A DNA stretch of 64,000 nucleotides from an uncultured Gammaproteobacteria bacterium (GCA_964515005.1 CAZEVT010000001.1:229616-293615), one strand, 5' to 3'. Numbered from the stretch's first letter, positions 47,545 to 58,342 are shown. The notes: generated from the letters alone by a model not told the origin. Translations and numbers: made by a program.

Positions 47545-48020
47545 TCAACGCCTCTGGACGACTCTGGCAGTACTTATCTCCCGAAATGCAGGCCATCCTC
47601 AAGGACGGAGAGTTTCTGGTTGAGGATAGCCTCCGTCACCACGACGCGCCGCCGACGGATTTTTCGTACCTGGTTTTCCCGTTTGCCAAGCTCTATGAGG
47701 GATTTTTGAAGAAACTATTTTTGGATGCAGGCATCATCACCGCGCGTGAGTACCAAAGCGATCACTTCCGCATCGGGAAAGTGCTTTCACCGAATTTAGC
47801 CCGTCGCCTGGGAGCCAAAAGTGCATATGGGCAAATCACAAATAAATACGGCAACGAGTTTGCGGCACGTCTATGGCACGCGTGGAAAGAGGGGAGGAAC
47901 CTTGTGTTCCATTATTTCCCCCATAACTTCCGCAGCTTGTCACGCGCGGAAGCTTTAGAGCTTATCAATAGACTGTTGCATACCATGACCGAATCCGTTG
48001 AGATTTTTGGGGTCGGATAA
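47535..48020 (+). CDS. Hypothetical cytoplasmic protein with a possible HEPN-like Rx4H motif
   Basis: EGRNLVFHYF contains R-x4-H; alpha-helical; start overlaps upstream gene end. Confidence 0.35.
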   Translation: MGMINASGRLWQYLSPEMQAILKDGEFLVEDSLRHHDAPPTDFSYLVFPFAKLYEGFLKKLFLDAGIITAREYQSDHFRIGKVLSPNLARRLGAKSAYGQITNKYGNEFAARLWHAWKEGRNLVFHYFPHNFRSLSRAEALELINRLLHTMTESVEIFGVG

Positions 48021-48060
48021 CCTCTTGCGTACGACGGAAAGAGTAGGGTAATCTAGAGGT

Positions 48061-48732
48061 ATGGCCAAGAGTTCAAAGTTGTCAGCATTCGCCCCGAGCC
48101 TCACGTCTGTCTACCGACTATGGGCGTGGATTCTTTTGGCTTGGGCACTCTACCGGTACTTTGTGCACGTTCCCGAATGGGCAGACGAATTTATTTTCAA
48201 GCCGCTCGTGTTTGTCGTACCCGTCATCTGGTATGTGCGAACCCGCGAACGGCAGGCGCTAGACTCGATCGGGCTTACGGCACAAAACCTGTTCTCCAGT
48301 ATCTATATCGGGTTGGGTTTTGGCGTCCTTTTTGCCATCGAAGGCGTGGTGACGCACGCGATAAAGTACGGGACTATGGACGTCAATCCGATAACCGCAT
48401 TTGGGCAGTATGGATTTTTCCTCATCCTGCTTTCGGTAGCCACTGCATTTTCAGAGGAACTCCTGTCCCGTGGGTTTGTATTTAGTAGAATTCTCGATAG
48501 TAGCAAGAATCTCATATACGCGACGTTTGTGTCGTCCATCATGTTTATGACTCTCCATATTCCCATTCTGGTGACCATGAATAAACTGCAGGGGGTGACG
48601 CTTATCCTGTTTTTTGTGACGGATTTTGTCCTTGCGGTTGCCAACAGCTTGCTTTTTTACAACACGAGGTCGCTGGTTGCCCCCATCCTCGTTCACATTT
48701 TCTGGAATATGACGGTTGCCCTCTACCTCTGA
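48061..48732 (+). CDS. CPBP-family (CAAX) intramembrane metalloprotease
   Basis: EELLSRG (EExxxR) and FxxxH/HIFWN motifs characteristic of CPBP/Abi proteases. Confidence 0.7.
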   Translation: MAKSSKLSAFAPSLTSVYRLWAWILLAWALYRYFVHVPEWADEFIFKPLVFVVPVIWYVRTRERQALDSIGLTAQNLFSSIYIGLGFGVLFAIEGVVTHAIKYGTMDVNPITAFGQYGFFLILLSVATAFSEELLSRGFVFSRILDSSKNLIYATFVSSIMFMTLHIPILVTMNKLQGVTLILFFVTDFVLAVANSLLFYNTRSLVAPILVHIFWNMTVALYL

Positions 48733-48734
48733 CC

Positions 48735-48762
48735 AAAAAACCCGCTTTGGGCGGGTTTTTTA
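48735..48762. terminator. Bidirectional intrinsic terminator aaaaaaCCCGCtttgGGCGGGtttttt
   Basis: GC stem flanked by A-run and T-run, between convergent genes. Confidence 0.75.
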
Positions 48763-48780
48763 GGTTAAACAAGATTCTTG

Positions 48781-49065
48781 TTAATATCCCTTCATCATCA
48801 CATCCATCGTGGATGTCATCATGCCGCCTCTTTCCGTCATCATTATTCCGCTGTCTTTGAGCTCGCGGTCTCCATATCTGGTGCCTCGTTGTTCCATCAA
48901 TTTTCCCATCGTATCCATCATTGTCGTGGCATCACGAAAGCCGGTGAGCTGAGTAATAACGCTTGATTTCCCGATATAGAATCCGACAATGCCGCCAAAG
49001 ACTGCCATAATAAGAAGGACGGTGATACTCATGGTATCCAATGTGTGTTTGTTTCCTCTTGCCAT
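48781..49065 (-). CDS. Small membrane protein (one TM, Met-rich C-terminus)
   Basis: Strong GAGGAGGTGA RBS 7 nt upstream of ATG at 49065; C-terminal Met-rich tail (MMTERGGMMTSTMDVMM) could be metal-binding. Confidence 0.4.
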   Translation of the reverse strand: MARGNKHTLDTMSITVLLIMAVFGGIVGFYIGKSSVITQLTGFRDATTMMDTMGKLMEQRGTRYGDRELKDSGIMMTERGGMMTSTMDVMMKGY

Positions 49066-49129
49066 ACGTATCACCTCCTCTCCGGGTAGATGTACAAAAA
49101 TGTTTCTATACAATCATAGTAGCACACCT

Positions 49130-49891
49130 TTATGTGGCGAGCCACCCCCCGTCAATGTACAGGGTGGCGCCGGTGGTGTAGGAAGATTCATCGGAAGACA
49201 AATACACGACCGCGGCGGCAATCTCCTCAGCTTTCCCCGCTCGTTTTAAAGGCGCCCTGTTCAGCATGGCCTCGGCCTGTTTGGGATCCTTCAGTATAGC
49301 TTCGGTCATCTCCGTTTCAATGACCCCCGGCCCTATGGCATTGACCAGTATCCCCATGGGTGCCAACTCATCTGCCATGGCTTCGGTAAGTCCGATGACG
49401 CCGCCCTTTGATGCGCAATATTGAGCAACCTGCGGAAATCCAACCCCCACACCCGCAGATGCGATCGAAGAGATCATAATAATACGCCCCCATTTATTTT
49501 TGGCCATTTCGCGCGCTGCTGCCTGGGCGACGAGAAAATATCCTTTCAGATTCGTGTCAATTGTTTTGTCCCACTGGGCCTCCGTCATATCTAAAAACGG
49601 CACAAACTCGGCAACGCCCGCGCTGTTGAGGAGGATATCCAGGCGTCCGAAGGTTTTTATGGTTTGGGCAACTGCGGCATCAATATCCGCTTTTTTGGTG
49701 ACGTCCATAGTCACCGCAAGACCGTCTTTTCCGTGATTTTTAATCTCTGCAACCAGCGCCTGCAGACGGTCAAGTCTGCGTGCGGCAACGACGACCTTGG
49801 CTCCTTGGTTGGCCAAGGCCAGAGCACTTGCTCGTCCGATACCGCTTGATGCACCCGTGACGAGGGCGACTTTTCCGGTGAGATCAAACAT
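49130..49891 (-). CDS. SDR-family oxidoreductase (FabG-like 3-oxoacyl-ACP reductase type)
   Basis: TGASSGIGRA NAD(P)-binding motif, catalytic YxxxK (YCASKGG), 253 aa. Confidence 0.8.
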   Translation of the reverse strand: MFDLTGKVALVTGASSGIGRASALALANQGAKVVVAARRLDRLQALVAEIKNHGKDGLAVTMDVTKKADIDAAVAQTIKTFGRLDILLNSAGVAEFVPFLDMTEAQWDKTIDTNLKGYFLVAQAAAREMAKNKWGRIIMISSIASAGVGVGFPQVAQYCASKGGVIGLTEAMADELAPMGILVNAIGPGVIETEMTEAILKDPKQAEAMLNRAPLKRAGKAEEIAAAVVYLSSDESSYTTGATLYIDGGWLAT

Positions 49892-49894
49892 GGG

Positions 49895-50320
49895 CTAGGT
49901 ACCTTTCTTTTCCAGTATATAGCTTTTGAGTGAGAGGCCAAAGAGGACAAACATGTTAACGGTTGAAATGGCGCACCATGTGCACACGCCGCGGATGACA
50001 AAAAGTTCCGTGTAGGTAAACCATGTGGTGAAGGCAACGCCAAAGGCGGTCATGCCCAGGATTCCTTTGATGAGATTTTTGTTTTTGTGAGAGGTACGCA
50101 AAAATGCCAGGATCGCGATGATTGAGTAGCCCACAAGTCCGACTGCAGGCACCGGAATGCCGTAAATATAGCTTGCCGGACTCTTCCGCACGAGCTCACA
50201 GCCGCCGGTGGCACAGATGATGCCCACTTGGCGAAGGAAGCTTTGGGTGACATAGAGGGCAATCAGAATGCCCACGATGGCAAGGATGAATATGATCCGG
50301 TTCAGTCGGGTCGAGCTCAT
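49895..50320 (-). CDS. Vitamin K epoxide reductase (VKOR)-family membrane thiol oxidoreductase
   Basis: Four-TM protein with loop Cys pair CATGGC and active-site CTWC (CxxC) in the last TM. Confidence 0.6.
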   Translation of the reverse strand: MSSTRLNRIIFILAIVGILIALYVTQSFLRQVGIICATGGCELVRKSPASYIYGIPVPAVGLVGYSIIAILAFLRTSHKNKNLIKGILGMTAFGVAFTTWFTYTELFVIRGVCTWCAISTVNMFVLFGLSLKSYILEKKGT

Positions 50321-50402
50321 ACGATGATAGTATCAGAAATCAATTGTACAGTGTGTATGATATAGTACATATTTATTGCGAAATAGGAGTATACTCCAGC
50401 GT

Positions 50403-51050
50403 ATGGACGCGTCACCAAACAAGATTATTGACGAGTTTTTCAACCGGTTTACCCATCTCAAATACAAAAAAGGCGATATTATATTGCGCGCCCAAGACTC
50501 GCCACAGGGCGCGTTTTACCTCAAGAAAGGCTACGTGCGCCAGTATGTAGTTGCCGACTCCGGTGGGGCGCTCATGCTTCATATTTTTAAGCCCGGATCA
50601 TTTTTCCCAATGACGTGGATTGTAAACGACACGCCCAATACTTACTATTTTGAGGCGGTGACGGCGGTCGAGATCTGGCGGGCACCCAAAGAAGCGGTGC
50701 GGAAATTCCTTAAGAATCACCCAGCCGTGGTCTACCATTTTGCCAGCCGGCTTCTATTGGGGGTCACGGGCATGATGAAGCGGATGGAGTATTTGGTTCT
50801 GGATAATGCGTACAAAAAAACCATCTTACTTCTTTTATATCTTGCACAAAATCTCGGAGAAAAAGAGGGGAATGCCATAGCGCTTCCCGTGCCGGTGACG
50901 CATAGGGAAGTTGCCGCCTGGATAGGGACGACCCGCGAAACGGCAAGTTTACAGGTGGAAACACTCAAGAAAAAGGGGCTTATTTCTTACCGCAAGCGTC
51001 AACTGATGATTCCGAGTGTCAAGGCGCTGGAAAAAGAAATTGGACGGTAG
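50403..51050 (+). CDS. Crp/Fnr-family transcriptional regulator
   Basis: cNMP-binding beta-barrel region then C-terminal HTH (THREVAAWIGTTRETASLQVETLKKKG). Confidence 0.75.
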   Translation: MDASPNKIIDEFFNRFTHLKYKKGDIILRAQDSPQGAFYLKKGYVRQYVVADSGGALMLHIFKPGSFFPMTWIVNDTPNTYYFEAVTAVEIWRAPKEAVRKFLKNHPAVVYHFASRLLLGVTGMMKRMEYLVLDNAYKKTILLLLYLAQNLGEKEGNAIALPVPVTHREVAAWIGTTRETASLQVETLKKKGLISYRKRQLMIPSVKALEKEIGR

Positions 51051-51342
51051 GAAAATCAGCAATTCTGTTGCCCGAGATTTTAATCCCCTCGCTGCGTAGC
51101 ATCCGCATCTTCTTTTGAATTTTTTTCCCGCTTCGTTTTCCCATAAACCCACCGATTGTACCATCCGCGGCCACCACGCGGTGGCAGGGGACCATGGGGG
51201 CATGGGGATTGGTCCGCATAAATTGTCCGATGGCTCGATAGCTGCGGGTCCCAAGCGCCTCGGCAAGCGCCTTATATGTCGTTACTCTCCCGCGAGGGAC
51301 TTTTTTGAGCAGCGCATATGTTTGTTTAGCAAGCGGCGTCAT
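51019..51342 (-). CDS. ogt: Methylated-DNA--protein-cysteine methyltransferase, C-terminal-domain-only form (start could also be 51360)
   Basis: PCHRVV active-site motif and RVTTYKALA HTH; ~105 aa. Confidence 0.7.
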   Translation of the reverse strand: MTPLAKQTYALLKKVPRGRVTTYKALAEALGTRSYRAIGQFMRTNPHAPMVPCHRVVAADGTIGGFMGKRSGKKIQKKMRMLRSEGIKISGNRIADFPTVQFLFPAP

Positions 51343-51368
51343 ATCCTCATTATAATACATGTTCCCGC

Positions 51369-51662
51369 TTATTTTTCGACAAAATAATTGTACACGACGG
51401 CAAAAAGGTAGCCGATGAGCCATGCTGTTACCGCTGATGATACGAGTCCCAACATGAATGTAGACGTTGTTATATTCAGCGTATCAAGTCTTGCAAGCTG
51501 GACTCCGTGGAACCATGATTGGGCGACAGTAAACATAAAGTCGGGAACTATGCCTACCAACAGTCTACATGCGACAAAAATAACTGCTGCCACAACTCCT
51601 GCGGCGTTTGCAGTTGCCATCGGGTCTTTAAGGCCAAATGATTTAGCCATGATGATGTTCAC
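51369..51662 (-). CDS. Small hypothetical membrane protein
   Basis: 97 aa, two or three TM helices; no motif. Confidence 0.35.
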   Translation of the reverse strand: MNIIMAKSFGLKDPMATANAAGVVAAVIFVACRLLVGIVPDFMFTVAQSWFHGVQLARLDTLNITTSTFMLGLVSSAVTAWLIGYLFAVVYNYFVEK

Positions 51663-52305
51663 CTCCTTTCTTATACCATATCATATATTTGATTGACGGC
51701 CACCATCCCGGGGTGGATTTTTTATATTCGATAAAGCTCTGGCCGAATGTTTTAAGTATATATGTTTCTTCTTGAGATGCCAGACGGATGTATCGGAAGA
51801 TAAGCAGTGGCGCCATGATAAGGGTAATGAGCGTTGGCCATTGCAGGAGAAATCCGACGATGATCAAGATAAATCCTGCATATTGCGGGTGGCGAATATA
51901 CCGGTAGGGTCCGGTAGTAGCTAATGTCTTTTTTTGTACGGCTTGATAGAGCACGTTCCATGCATAAGAAATAAGAAGCAATCCTCCAATAATGAATATA
52001 TTGCTGACTATATGTAAAAAGCTCCAATGTGGATTGACGGTATTGTTCAAGAGGACTTCCCACAAGTGGCCGGAGGTGTGAGAAAAGTTCAATTGGGGGA
52101 ATCGGGATCCAAACCACGAGGTGAGAAGATAAATAGTCAGCGGAAATCCGTACATTTCGGCAAAAAGAGCAACCACAAATGCTCCAAATGAGCTAAAGGT
52201 ACGCCAATCCGTACCTGTTTTTGGCTTAAACGCGTCAAACAGAAACAAAAGAAACACCGCACTTATACCGATGACCAGAAGCCAATTGCCGTATGCGTAT
52301 TCCAT
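51643..52305 (-). CDS. Isoprenylcysteine carboxyl methyltransferase (ICMT)/phospholipid methyltransferase-family membrane protein
   Basis: C-terminal GPYRYIRHPQYAGFIL...EE motif of the ICMT/PEMT family. Confidence 0.65.
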   Translation of the reverse strand: MEYAYGNWLLVIGISAVFLLFLFDAFKPKTGTDWRTFSSFGAFVVALFAEMYGFPLTIYLLTSWFGSRFPQLNFSHTSGHLWEVLLNNTVNPHWSFLHIVSNIFIIGGLLLISYAWNVLYQAVQKKTLATTGPYRYIRHPQYAGFILIIVGFLLQWPTLITLIMAPLLIFRYIRLASQEETYILKTFGQSFIEYKKSTPGWWPSIKYMIWYKKGGEHHHG

Positions 52306-52308
52306 ATA

Positions 52309-52503
52309 TTATGTTCCATGTGTATCACTATGGTTTTTGTGTTTGCCGTGGCCATCATGTTTCATGAGAAACATGTGTGCTAATGGACACGCAAGAAATA
52401 GACCAATTGTTGCGAGGTTACTGATATTTTTTCCCGCCAAAAACCAGAGTGCTATACCGACAAACGGTAAGGCACACAGTACTGGCATGAGCCATTTTTT
52501 CAT
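52309..52503 (-). CDS. Small membrane protein with His-rich C-terminus (possible metal-binding)
   Basis: 64 aa; one or two TM; tail HDGHGKHKNHSDTHGT. Confidence 0.35.
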   Translation of the reverse strand: MKKWLMPVLCALPFVGIALWFLAGKNISNLATIGLFLACPLAHMFLMKHDGHGKHKNHSDTHGT

Positions 52504-52505
52504 AG

Positions 52506-52934
52506 TTATTTCACCTCCCAGGTAAATGTCCGGGTGGGGATGCCGGCAATGTCGCGGAATGTCAGTGTCATCATTTTGGGACGGGTAAGGTCGGGTATAA
52601 ACCGAAGCATCCCTTTCCTATGATGTCCTCCCGGAGGCGAGCCCTCCCAGACAGGCGTATATGTTTCCTTCGTTCCGTCTGTAAATGCTGCGATCTTTTC
52701 TACGTCAAACGCCAAATCAACTGAATGGGTTTCAAAAGCCACATCAAATGAAGCCGGAAAGCCCTTCTTGAGGCGTATCGGGGTGACAGAAACCGTCACT
52801 TCGCCGCCTTCAACCTCTTTTGTTTCATATGCCGCGACCAGCGTGGGTTTTGGTCGGGAAGCTATAAGAAAAACAGCAAGAATCGTGAATCCAACGATGA
52901 GGGCGAGGATGATGGTTCGGGCAATCCGGTTCAT
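52506..52934 (-). CDS. Secreted hypothetical protein (start at internal Met-97 of the ORF)
   Basis: MNRIARTIILALIVGFTILAVFL signal anchor then beta-rich domain; the upstream 96 codons of the ORF overlap the neighbouring gene and are likely not translated. Confidence 0.4.
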   Translation of the reverse strand: MNRIARTIILALIVGFTILAVFLIASRPKPTLVAAYETKEVEGGEVTVSVTPIRLKKGFPASFDVAFETHSVDLAFDVEKIAAFTDGTKETYTPVWEGSPPGGHHRKGMLRFIPDLTRPKMMTLTFRDIAGIPTRTFTWEVK

Positions 52935-53344
52935 AGTTTTACAAGATACTTTCGCAGGTGCAGTATTCCGTACACATTGATGCCGAGACTTATAAAAAGA
53001 ATCGGTTTTTGGTAGCGGATAAGAAAGATGCTTAGTGCTGACATCCCGAGGATTGGAAGAACATCCGTGGCATGATGGACGCAGCAGGCGAGCATACCCA
53101 TGCCTGCCGAGGCGCCGCCGGTTGCGATTGTGGCCGCGTTTTTGGCCCGCAACGATTGTTTGAGTCGGACGAAGAGTCCTACCTGTGTACCAAACGCGAT
53201 GGAAAGCGGCACAAGCAGCCACCAGAGCGTCTGAAACTGTTCTTCGGCCGCTGGCCAGCCGTTGAATGCGGTCATGGTGGCGACATAAAACCCGAGGAGG
53301 AGAGCTCCCGAGGCTATGCCACTTGCTATTGGCAGTGTATTCAT
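52931..53344 (-). CDS. Hypothetical membrane protein (start at internal Met of the ORF)
   Basis: Four TM helices; contains CCVHHATD motif; within the copper island. Confidence 0.4.
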   Translation of the reverse strand: MNTLPIASGIASGALLLGFYVATMTAFNGWPAAEEQFQTLWWLLVPLSIAFGTQVGLFVRLKQSLRAKNAATIATGGASAGMGMLACCVHHATDVLPILGMSALSIFLIRYQKPILFISLGINVYGILHLRKYLVKL

Positions 53345-53345
53345 A

Positions 53346-54545
53346 TTACGCGCCGCAGCCTCCCGCCGACGGGGCGGGACGGTAGGGAAGTGGGCCCACT
53401 TTTTTAGTGATGTCGGCCGCCCCTTGGCCGCTTGAATACGTCGCTCCGAGCACTTCCTTGGCATCCACCTTGTTCCATGGTGTCCCCTGGCGGGCGAAAT
53501 AGGTAGCGACCGTGAGGTAGCTATCGGCAAACCAGTAGCTGTTGAGCGCCAAGACGTTGCGATAAATCGTCGCCTCGTCCACCGCAGCAGCCACCATCAT
53601 TTCTATGGCAGCAAGGGCAGCCATGCCGTGATTGCAGTCGGGGAACCACGTTGAGTTGCCGCAGCACGGGCGATAGACGTTTTTGGCGATCTCACCGACT
53701 TTTTTTTGTTCTTCATCTGTAAGCTTGATGAAGTCAAACCGATTAAGATATTGCATCGCATCCCCTCGGGCTAAACTCCATCCGCCGGTTGAGGCGAAAT
53801 TGCCGGCGTTTGCTTTTTCCTCTTTACCCATTGGGCCGTCCGTGTACACAATGCTTTTTTGTGCAAGACCTATGGCCCAAAGCATGTCGACGATGAATTG
53901 GCTGTTTGCGTTATCGATTCTGATGGGATCTTTTGACTCTTTCAGAAATATCTCTTTTTGGCTGTCCGTCATCGTGACGGTTTTTGCAAATTTTGCCATA
54001 TCAATAACGCCTGCATTCACGAGCTTCATCGGCAGATCGCCCCAGGAGATGGGAAGTTCGATACCGGCCGCGGGCGTGACCTCCTGATCAAGTTTGCTTA
54101 AGTCCAATAATGTGCCACCGCTTTTTTGCCACGCATCCATGCCGCCAGTGAGGTGCCGCACATTGGTGTAGCCGAGTTTTTTAAGAACCGGCAACGCCTC
54201 CGCACTCATGCGGCCGGATTTGCAGTAGAGAATAATAGGTGCGTTTTTGTCTTCGGGGAGACTCGCGGAATTTGCAACGATCTGATCGTAGGGGACGAAG
54301 GTATCGGTACCCGCTATTTCTCCTTCATACGGCACATGGACATTAATAAAAGTAAAATCCTTGTTTTTGAGCATTTTGGCAAGCTGTTTGGCGCTTACAG
54401 AATCTGCCTGCGCCATACCTATTGCGCGCGGATTGGAAAGAAATGAACCAATACGGGGCGCATTTATTCCGATCAGAAATCCCCCGAGAACTAAGACAAA
54501 GATAGTAAAAAATACCGTGGTTTGGCGAATGTTTTTCTTTTTCAT
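53346..54545 (-). CDS. Membrane-anchored rhodanese-domain protein with unrecognised C-terminal domain ending in a Cys-rich tail
   Basis: Rhodanese active-site loop CKSGRMS; C-terminal domain with CCGN...CNHG and terminal GGCGA. Confidence 0.55.
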   Translation of the reverse strand: MKKKNIRQTTVFFTIFVLVLGGFLIGINAPRIGSFLSNPRAIGMAQADSVSAKQLAKMLKNKDFTFINVHVPYEGEIAGTDTFVPYDQIVANSASLPEDKNAPIILYCKSGRMSAEALPVLKKLGYTNVRHLTGGMDAWQKSGGTLLDLSKLDQEVTPAAGIELPISWGDLPMKLVNAGVIDMAKFAKTVTMTDSQKEIFLKESKDPIRIDNANSQFIVDMLWAIGLAQKSIVYTDGPMGKEEKANAGNFASTGGWSLARGDAMQYLNRFDFIKLTDEEQKKVGEIAKNVYRPCCGNSTWFPDCNHGMAALAAIEMMVAAAVDEATIYRNVLALNSYWFADSYLTVATYFARQGTPWNKVDAKEVLGATYSSGQGAADITKKVGPLPYRPAPSAGGCGA

Positions 54546-55378
54546 GATTTCCTTCCTCTCCGAATGAGAAAAATAATAAATACTAGTAAAAGTGCTAAAA
54601 ATAGATATTCACTGTTGGGAAAGCCTCGAACCGTTCGCACCAGGTTCATAACACCCGCACCCAACGTTTCCTCGATGGGTTTTTCCATTCCCATAGTGAT
54701 ATTGCCGGTTGCCGCAAGGAGGGCAAACATGATACCGACCGCAATAAAGAGGAATCCTGCGATAACGTCGGTAAGCAGGCGAGACTTTCCAAATAGTGTC
54801 ACTGTTTTTCCTTTGACTTTCATCACCTTTTGCCAGTCGACGCGGTCCAATAGGAGTGCCAGAACGACCAGCGGCACGACCATGCCGGCAACATAGGAGA
54901 GCCCGGCCAATCCGGCCCAGAGGAAAGAAGGGGAGAGAAAGCTCAATGTCAAAATTCCCGCCAGAACCGGCGTGCAGCAGGAGCTGGTGATTCCCGAAAA
55001 TACGCCCAGTACGTAGACCGCCCACGGGCTTTTGTGGGTGTTGAGGTCAATGGTGAGATTGAGCATCGGGAGAGTGATTTTTTTGCCGGTAAGCTCCATA
55101 AGACCCAAGAGGATCATAAATCCGCCGCCGATAAGATATGTTTGGGTATGGTACTGCTGGAAAATTTGCCCGACGGCGCGGATGCCCAGGGCGGTGGGGA
55201 CGAGAATGGTAGCAATCCCTAAACCAAACAAGAGGGTGAGGCCTAAGATGTTCCTTTTCCCGCGGAAGATGTTGGCCAGGTAGCTCGGGAGAAGGAACGT
55301 GATGCAGCACGGCGCAAACAGCGCCACCATGCCGCCGGCAAATGCAGTGATCAGTGACACTGTGTTTACTATGTTCAT
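54542..55378 (-). CDS. ccdA: Cytochrome c biogenesis/thiol-disulfide transporter CcdA (DsbD transmembrane-domain family)
   Basis: APCC in the first TM and a conserved Cys in a later TM; polytopic, 278 aa. Confidence 0.7.
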   Translation of the reverse strand: MNIVNTVSLITAFAGGMVALFAPCCITFLLPSYLANIFRGKRNILGLTLLFGLGIATILVPTALGIRAVGQIFQQYHTQTYLIGGGFMILLGLMELTGKKITLPMLNLTIDLNTHKSPWAVYVLGVFSGITSSCCTPVLAGILTLSFLSPSFLWAGLAGLSYVAGMVVPLVVLALLLDRVDWQKVMKVKGKTVTLFGKSRLLTDVIAGFLFIAVGIMFALLAATGNITMGMEKPIEETLGAGVMNLVRTVRGFPNSEYLFLALLLVFIIFLIRRGRKS

Positions 55379-55875
55379 AATACGTTGGCCGCCACGCTCA
55401 CTTCCACATTCTGGTTCTCCGGATCGTTGGTAGAAAAGTTCACCTGACGGGTAACCGCCCCCGTGATCGGCATGACCTTCGGCCGGTAGGTGACCTTGAG
55501 TTCTGCCTTTTCCCTACCCGGAATCTCACCAATCCAATTTTTAAGGTTGCTCCCCATATGCATCGCCATATTAAACTCGCCGGTCGTCTGGCCGTTGATG
55601 ATGACGCTCGCGAACGTGCAGTCGCATGACGTGGCGATGTTCCACATGCGGAGGATCGAATCGCTGGTATTGGTGATGGTAAAGGTCGCCGTACGTTCTT
55701 CGTCAGCTTTCATGGTACCGAAATCCTCTGTTTTTTTGTCGATCGTCATGCTTGACGCTCCCAGCTCTGCCCGCGCAGGTGGGGGTTTTTGATTATTAAA
55801 CAGGGCAAATGCTCCGCCGATGATAAGAACGCTCGCGCCTATGGCGCCGAGGATAATTTTCGTGTCTGTTTTCAT
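55375..55875 (-). CDS. DUF1573-like secreted protein
   Basis: N-terminal anchor then beta-sandwich region with CDCTF motif; translationally coupled to copA and ccdA. Confidence 0.5.
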   Translation of the reverse strand: MKTDTKIILGAIGASVLIIGGAFALFNNQKPPPARAELGASSMTIDKKTEDFGTMKADEERTATFTITNTSDSILRMWNIATSCDCTFASVIINGQTTGEFNMAMHMGSNLKNWIGEIPGREKAELKVTYRPKVMPITGAVTRQVNFSTNDPENQNVEVSVAANVL

Positions 55876-57992
55876 ACTCTGACTCCTTTCAGTCGGAGAG
55901 AATTTCCGACAACAGAAATACTACTGGCTGCCATGGCAAAAGCGGCGAGCGCGGGGTTCAAAAGCCACCCGGTCGCGGGGTAGAGAACTCCGGCGGCAAC
56001 GGGGATGAGGATGACGTTGTACCCAAATGCCCAAAAAAGGTTTTGCTTAATAACCGAAAGGGTTGCGCGGGAAAGTTTAATTGCAGATATGACACTCGTA
56101 AGATTTTTGTTCAATAATGTTATTCCGGCTGATTCCATAGCAATATCCGTCCCTGTTCCCATGGCGATACCAACGTCGGCGGATGCCAGAGCAGGCGCAT
56201 CGTTTATACCATCGCCCACAAACGCGACGATTTGATTTTTTTGTTTCAATTCTTTAATCTTTTGGGCCTTTTGGTCCGGTAAGACTCCGGCCATGACGTT
56301 TGTAATTCCTACCTCTGATGCAATTGCCTTTGCCGTGCGCTCGTTATCGCCTGTGATCATCCAGACAGCGACATGCATGCGGTGGAGGGCCGAAACCATG
56401 TCTTTAGCCTGATCTTTGAGTGTGTCGGCAACGGCAATAATTCCCAACGTTGTCTTGCCTGACGTAAGCTCCATAACGGTTTTTCCCTTTTTTTCAAAAT
56501 TAGGGTACTCCTTCGCGGGTTTACCAAAAAAGTATCGTTTCCCGCTTATCAACCCGGAAATACCTTGCCCCGGAATAGCCTTAAACTCCGATACGTTGAA
56601 AAGCTTCTGTCCTTTCGCTTTTTCTAGGATTGCATCTGCAAGCGAATGTTCTGATCCTCTCTCCAGAGACGCGGCGATTGAGAGAATAGACGCGGGAACG
56701 ACGTCAGTAACAATTGGTTTTCCTTGCGTCAGTGTGCCGGTTTTGTCAAATACTGCGACTTTGATGGCGTTGGCAATCTCGAGGCTTTGGGCGTCTTTAA
56801 TCAAAATACCGTGTTCGGCGCCCCGTCCGGTGCCGACCATGATGGCGGTGGGAGTTGCCAGCCCTAAGGCACACGGACAGGCAATGATAAGGACGGCAAT
56901 CATATTGGTGAAAGCAGGGGTAAACGTACCCAGGTCAAACCATACGATAAATGTAGCTACAGCTAGCATAAGAACAATGGGCACAAAATAGCCGGAAACG
57001 GTATCCGCAAGCCGTTGGATGGGCGCCCGGGAGCTTTGGGCTTCGGAGACCATTTTTACAATCCGGGCAAGCATGGTCTCGCTGCCGACTTTGGTTGCCA
57101 GAAAAAGGAACGTGCCAGTTTTGTTCATCGTGGCGCCGATGACGAGGTCACCCTTTTTCTTGTCAACCGGGATTGATTCGCCGGTAACCATGGACTCATC
57201 GATAGAACTGACCCCTTCCGTAATTTTTCCGTCCACGGGAATCTTTTCTCCTGGACGGACGCGGATCACATCCCCTACATTTACCTGATCAATCGGCACG
57301 TCAATTTCGCGCCCGGCACGCACGACTCGAGCGGTCTTCGCTTGTAGATGCAGAAGTTTTTTAATGGCATCGCTCGTGTGGGCTTTGGCTTTTGCTTCCA
57401 AGAATCGTCCCAAAAGAATAAGGGTGATAATGATGGCTGCGGTGTCGAAATATTTGGTTGTGGATACGAGGGAATAGCCGTATGCGGCAGTGGTGCCGAT
57501 GGCAATGAGCGTATCCATGCTGGCGGTGCGATTTTTGAGCCCGGACCAGGTGGCCTGATAGAACCCCCATCCGGCCCAAAACTGCACCGGTGTGGCCAAG
57601 AGAAGCAATACAAAAAAATTGGAGAGCGGCGTGACCCCAAACCATTCAGGAAAGCTACCCAAAAGTATAAAAAAGCTTAATACTGCCGATACCCATACTT
57701 TTGCTTTCAGATCGGTAAGCTCGGCCTTTTTTGCTTCTTCTTTGAGTTCATCTGGGGTTCGCCGGCCGGCGGATGTTTTTTCTCCCTCAACGATTGCTTT
57801 ATACCCTGCATCCGCGACGGCATCAGAGAGCACTTTTGGCGTGACGGTGTCGTCACATTCAACTGTGGCCTCTTCGCTTCCGTAGTTTACGGAAGCAGCA
57901 ATCACTCCAGAAGTTTTGGTAAGCTTTTTTTCGATTATGCGCGCGCAACTTGCGCAATGCATGCCGATGATGGGGAAGGAGGTTTTGGTCAT
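55872..57992 (-). CDS. copA: Copper-translocating P1B-type ATPase
   Basis: N-terminal HMA domain [11 protein letters not shown] motif in TM6 ([11 protein letters not shown]), DKTGT phosphorylation site, GDGINDAP. Confidence 0.9.
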   Translation of the reverse strand: MTKTSFPIIGMHCASCARIIEKKLTKTSGVIAASVNYGSEEATVECDDTVTPKVLSDAVADAGYKAIVEGEKTSAGRRTPDELKEEAKKAELTDLKAKVWVSAVLSFFILLGSFPEWFGVTPLSNFFVLLLLATPVQFWAGWGFYQATWSGLKNRTASMDTLIAIGTTAAYGYSLVSTTKYFDTAAIIITLILLGRFLEAKAKAHTSDAIKKLLHLQAKTARVVRAGREIDVPIDQVNVGDVIRVRPGEKIPVDGKITEGVSSIDESMVTGESIPVDKKKGDLVIGATMNKTGTFLFLATKVGSETMLARIVKMVSEAQSSRAPIQRLADTVSGYFVPIVLMLAVATFIVWFDLGTFTPAFTNMIAVLIIACPCALGLATPTAIMVGTGRGAEHGILIKDAQSLEIANAIKVAVFDKTGTLTQGKPIVTDVVPASILSIAASLERGSEHSLADAILEKAKGQKLFNVSEFKAIPGQGISGLISGKRYFFGKPAKEYPNFEKKGKTVMELTSGKTTLGIIAVADTLKDQAKDMVSALHRMHVAVWMITGDNERTAKAIASEVGITNVMAGVLPDQKAQKIKELKQKNQIVAFVGDGINDAPALASADVGIAMGTGTDIAMESAGITLLNKNLTSVISAIKLSRATLSVIKQNLFWAFGYNVILIPVAAGVLYPATGWLLNPALAAFAMAASSISVVGNSLRLKGVRV

Positions 57993-58342
57993 ACGACCTC
58001 AATCCTCCCGTGAAACATGTTCATGCCGCAGTGGATGCCATAGACTCCCGGTTTAGTAGGGGAGATGGTGATGGTAACCGGTGTATTCATGGGTAAAAAT
58101 GCTTTAATTTTAAAATCTTCTATTATTACCTCTTCAAGGCAGCTGTTTGGGTCTTTGCGGGTGAACGTGATCGTGGCGGGTTTGCCCGTTGGGATTTTGA
58201 CGGTTGACGGTTTATATCCGCCCTCAACGATAATATTCCACGCACTTGAGGCGGTCATAGTTTCCTCCTTTTTTCCAAAGAAAAACCAGTATATGAGACC
58301 GATAAGTGCCGTGCCAAAGAGAGTAACGAGTGTTTTATCCAT
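57989..58342 (-). CDS. Membrane-anchored cupredoxin-like putative copper-binding protein
   Basis: N-terminal TM; C-terminal HCGMNMFHG with Cys/His/Met ligand-like spacing. Confidence 0.5.
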   Translation of the reverse strand: MDKTLVTLFGTALIGLIYWFFFGKKEETMTASSAWNIIVEGGYKPSTVKIPTGKPATITFTRKDPNSCLEEVIIEDFKIKAFLPMNTPVTITISPTKPGVYGIHCGMNMFHGRIEVV

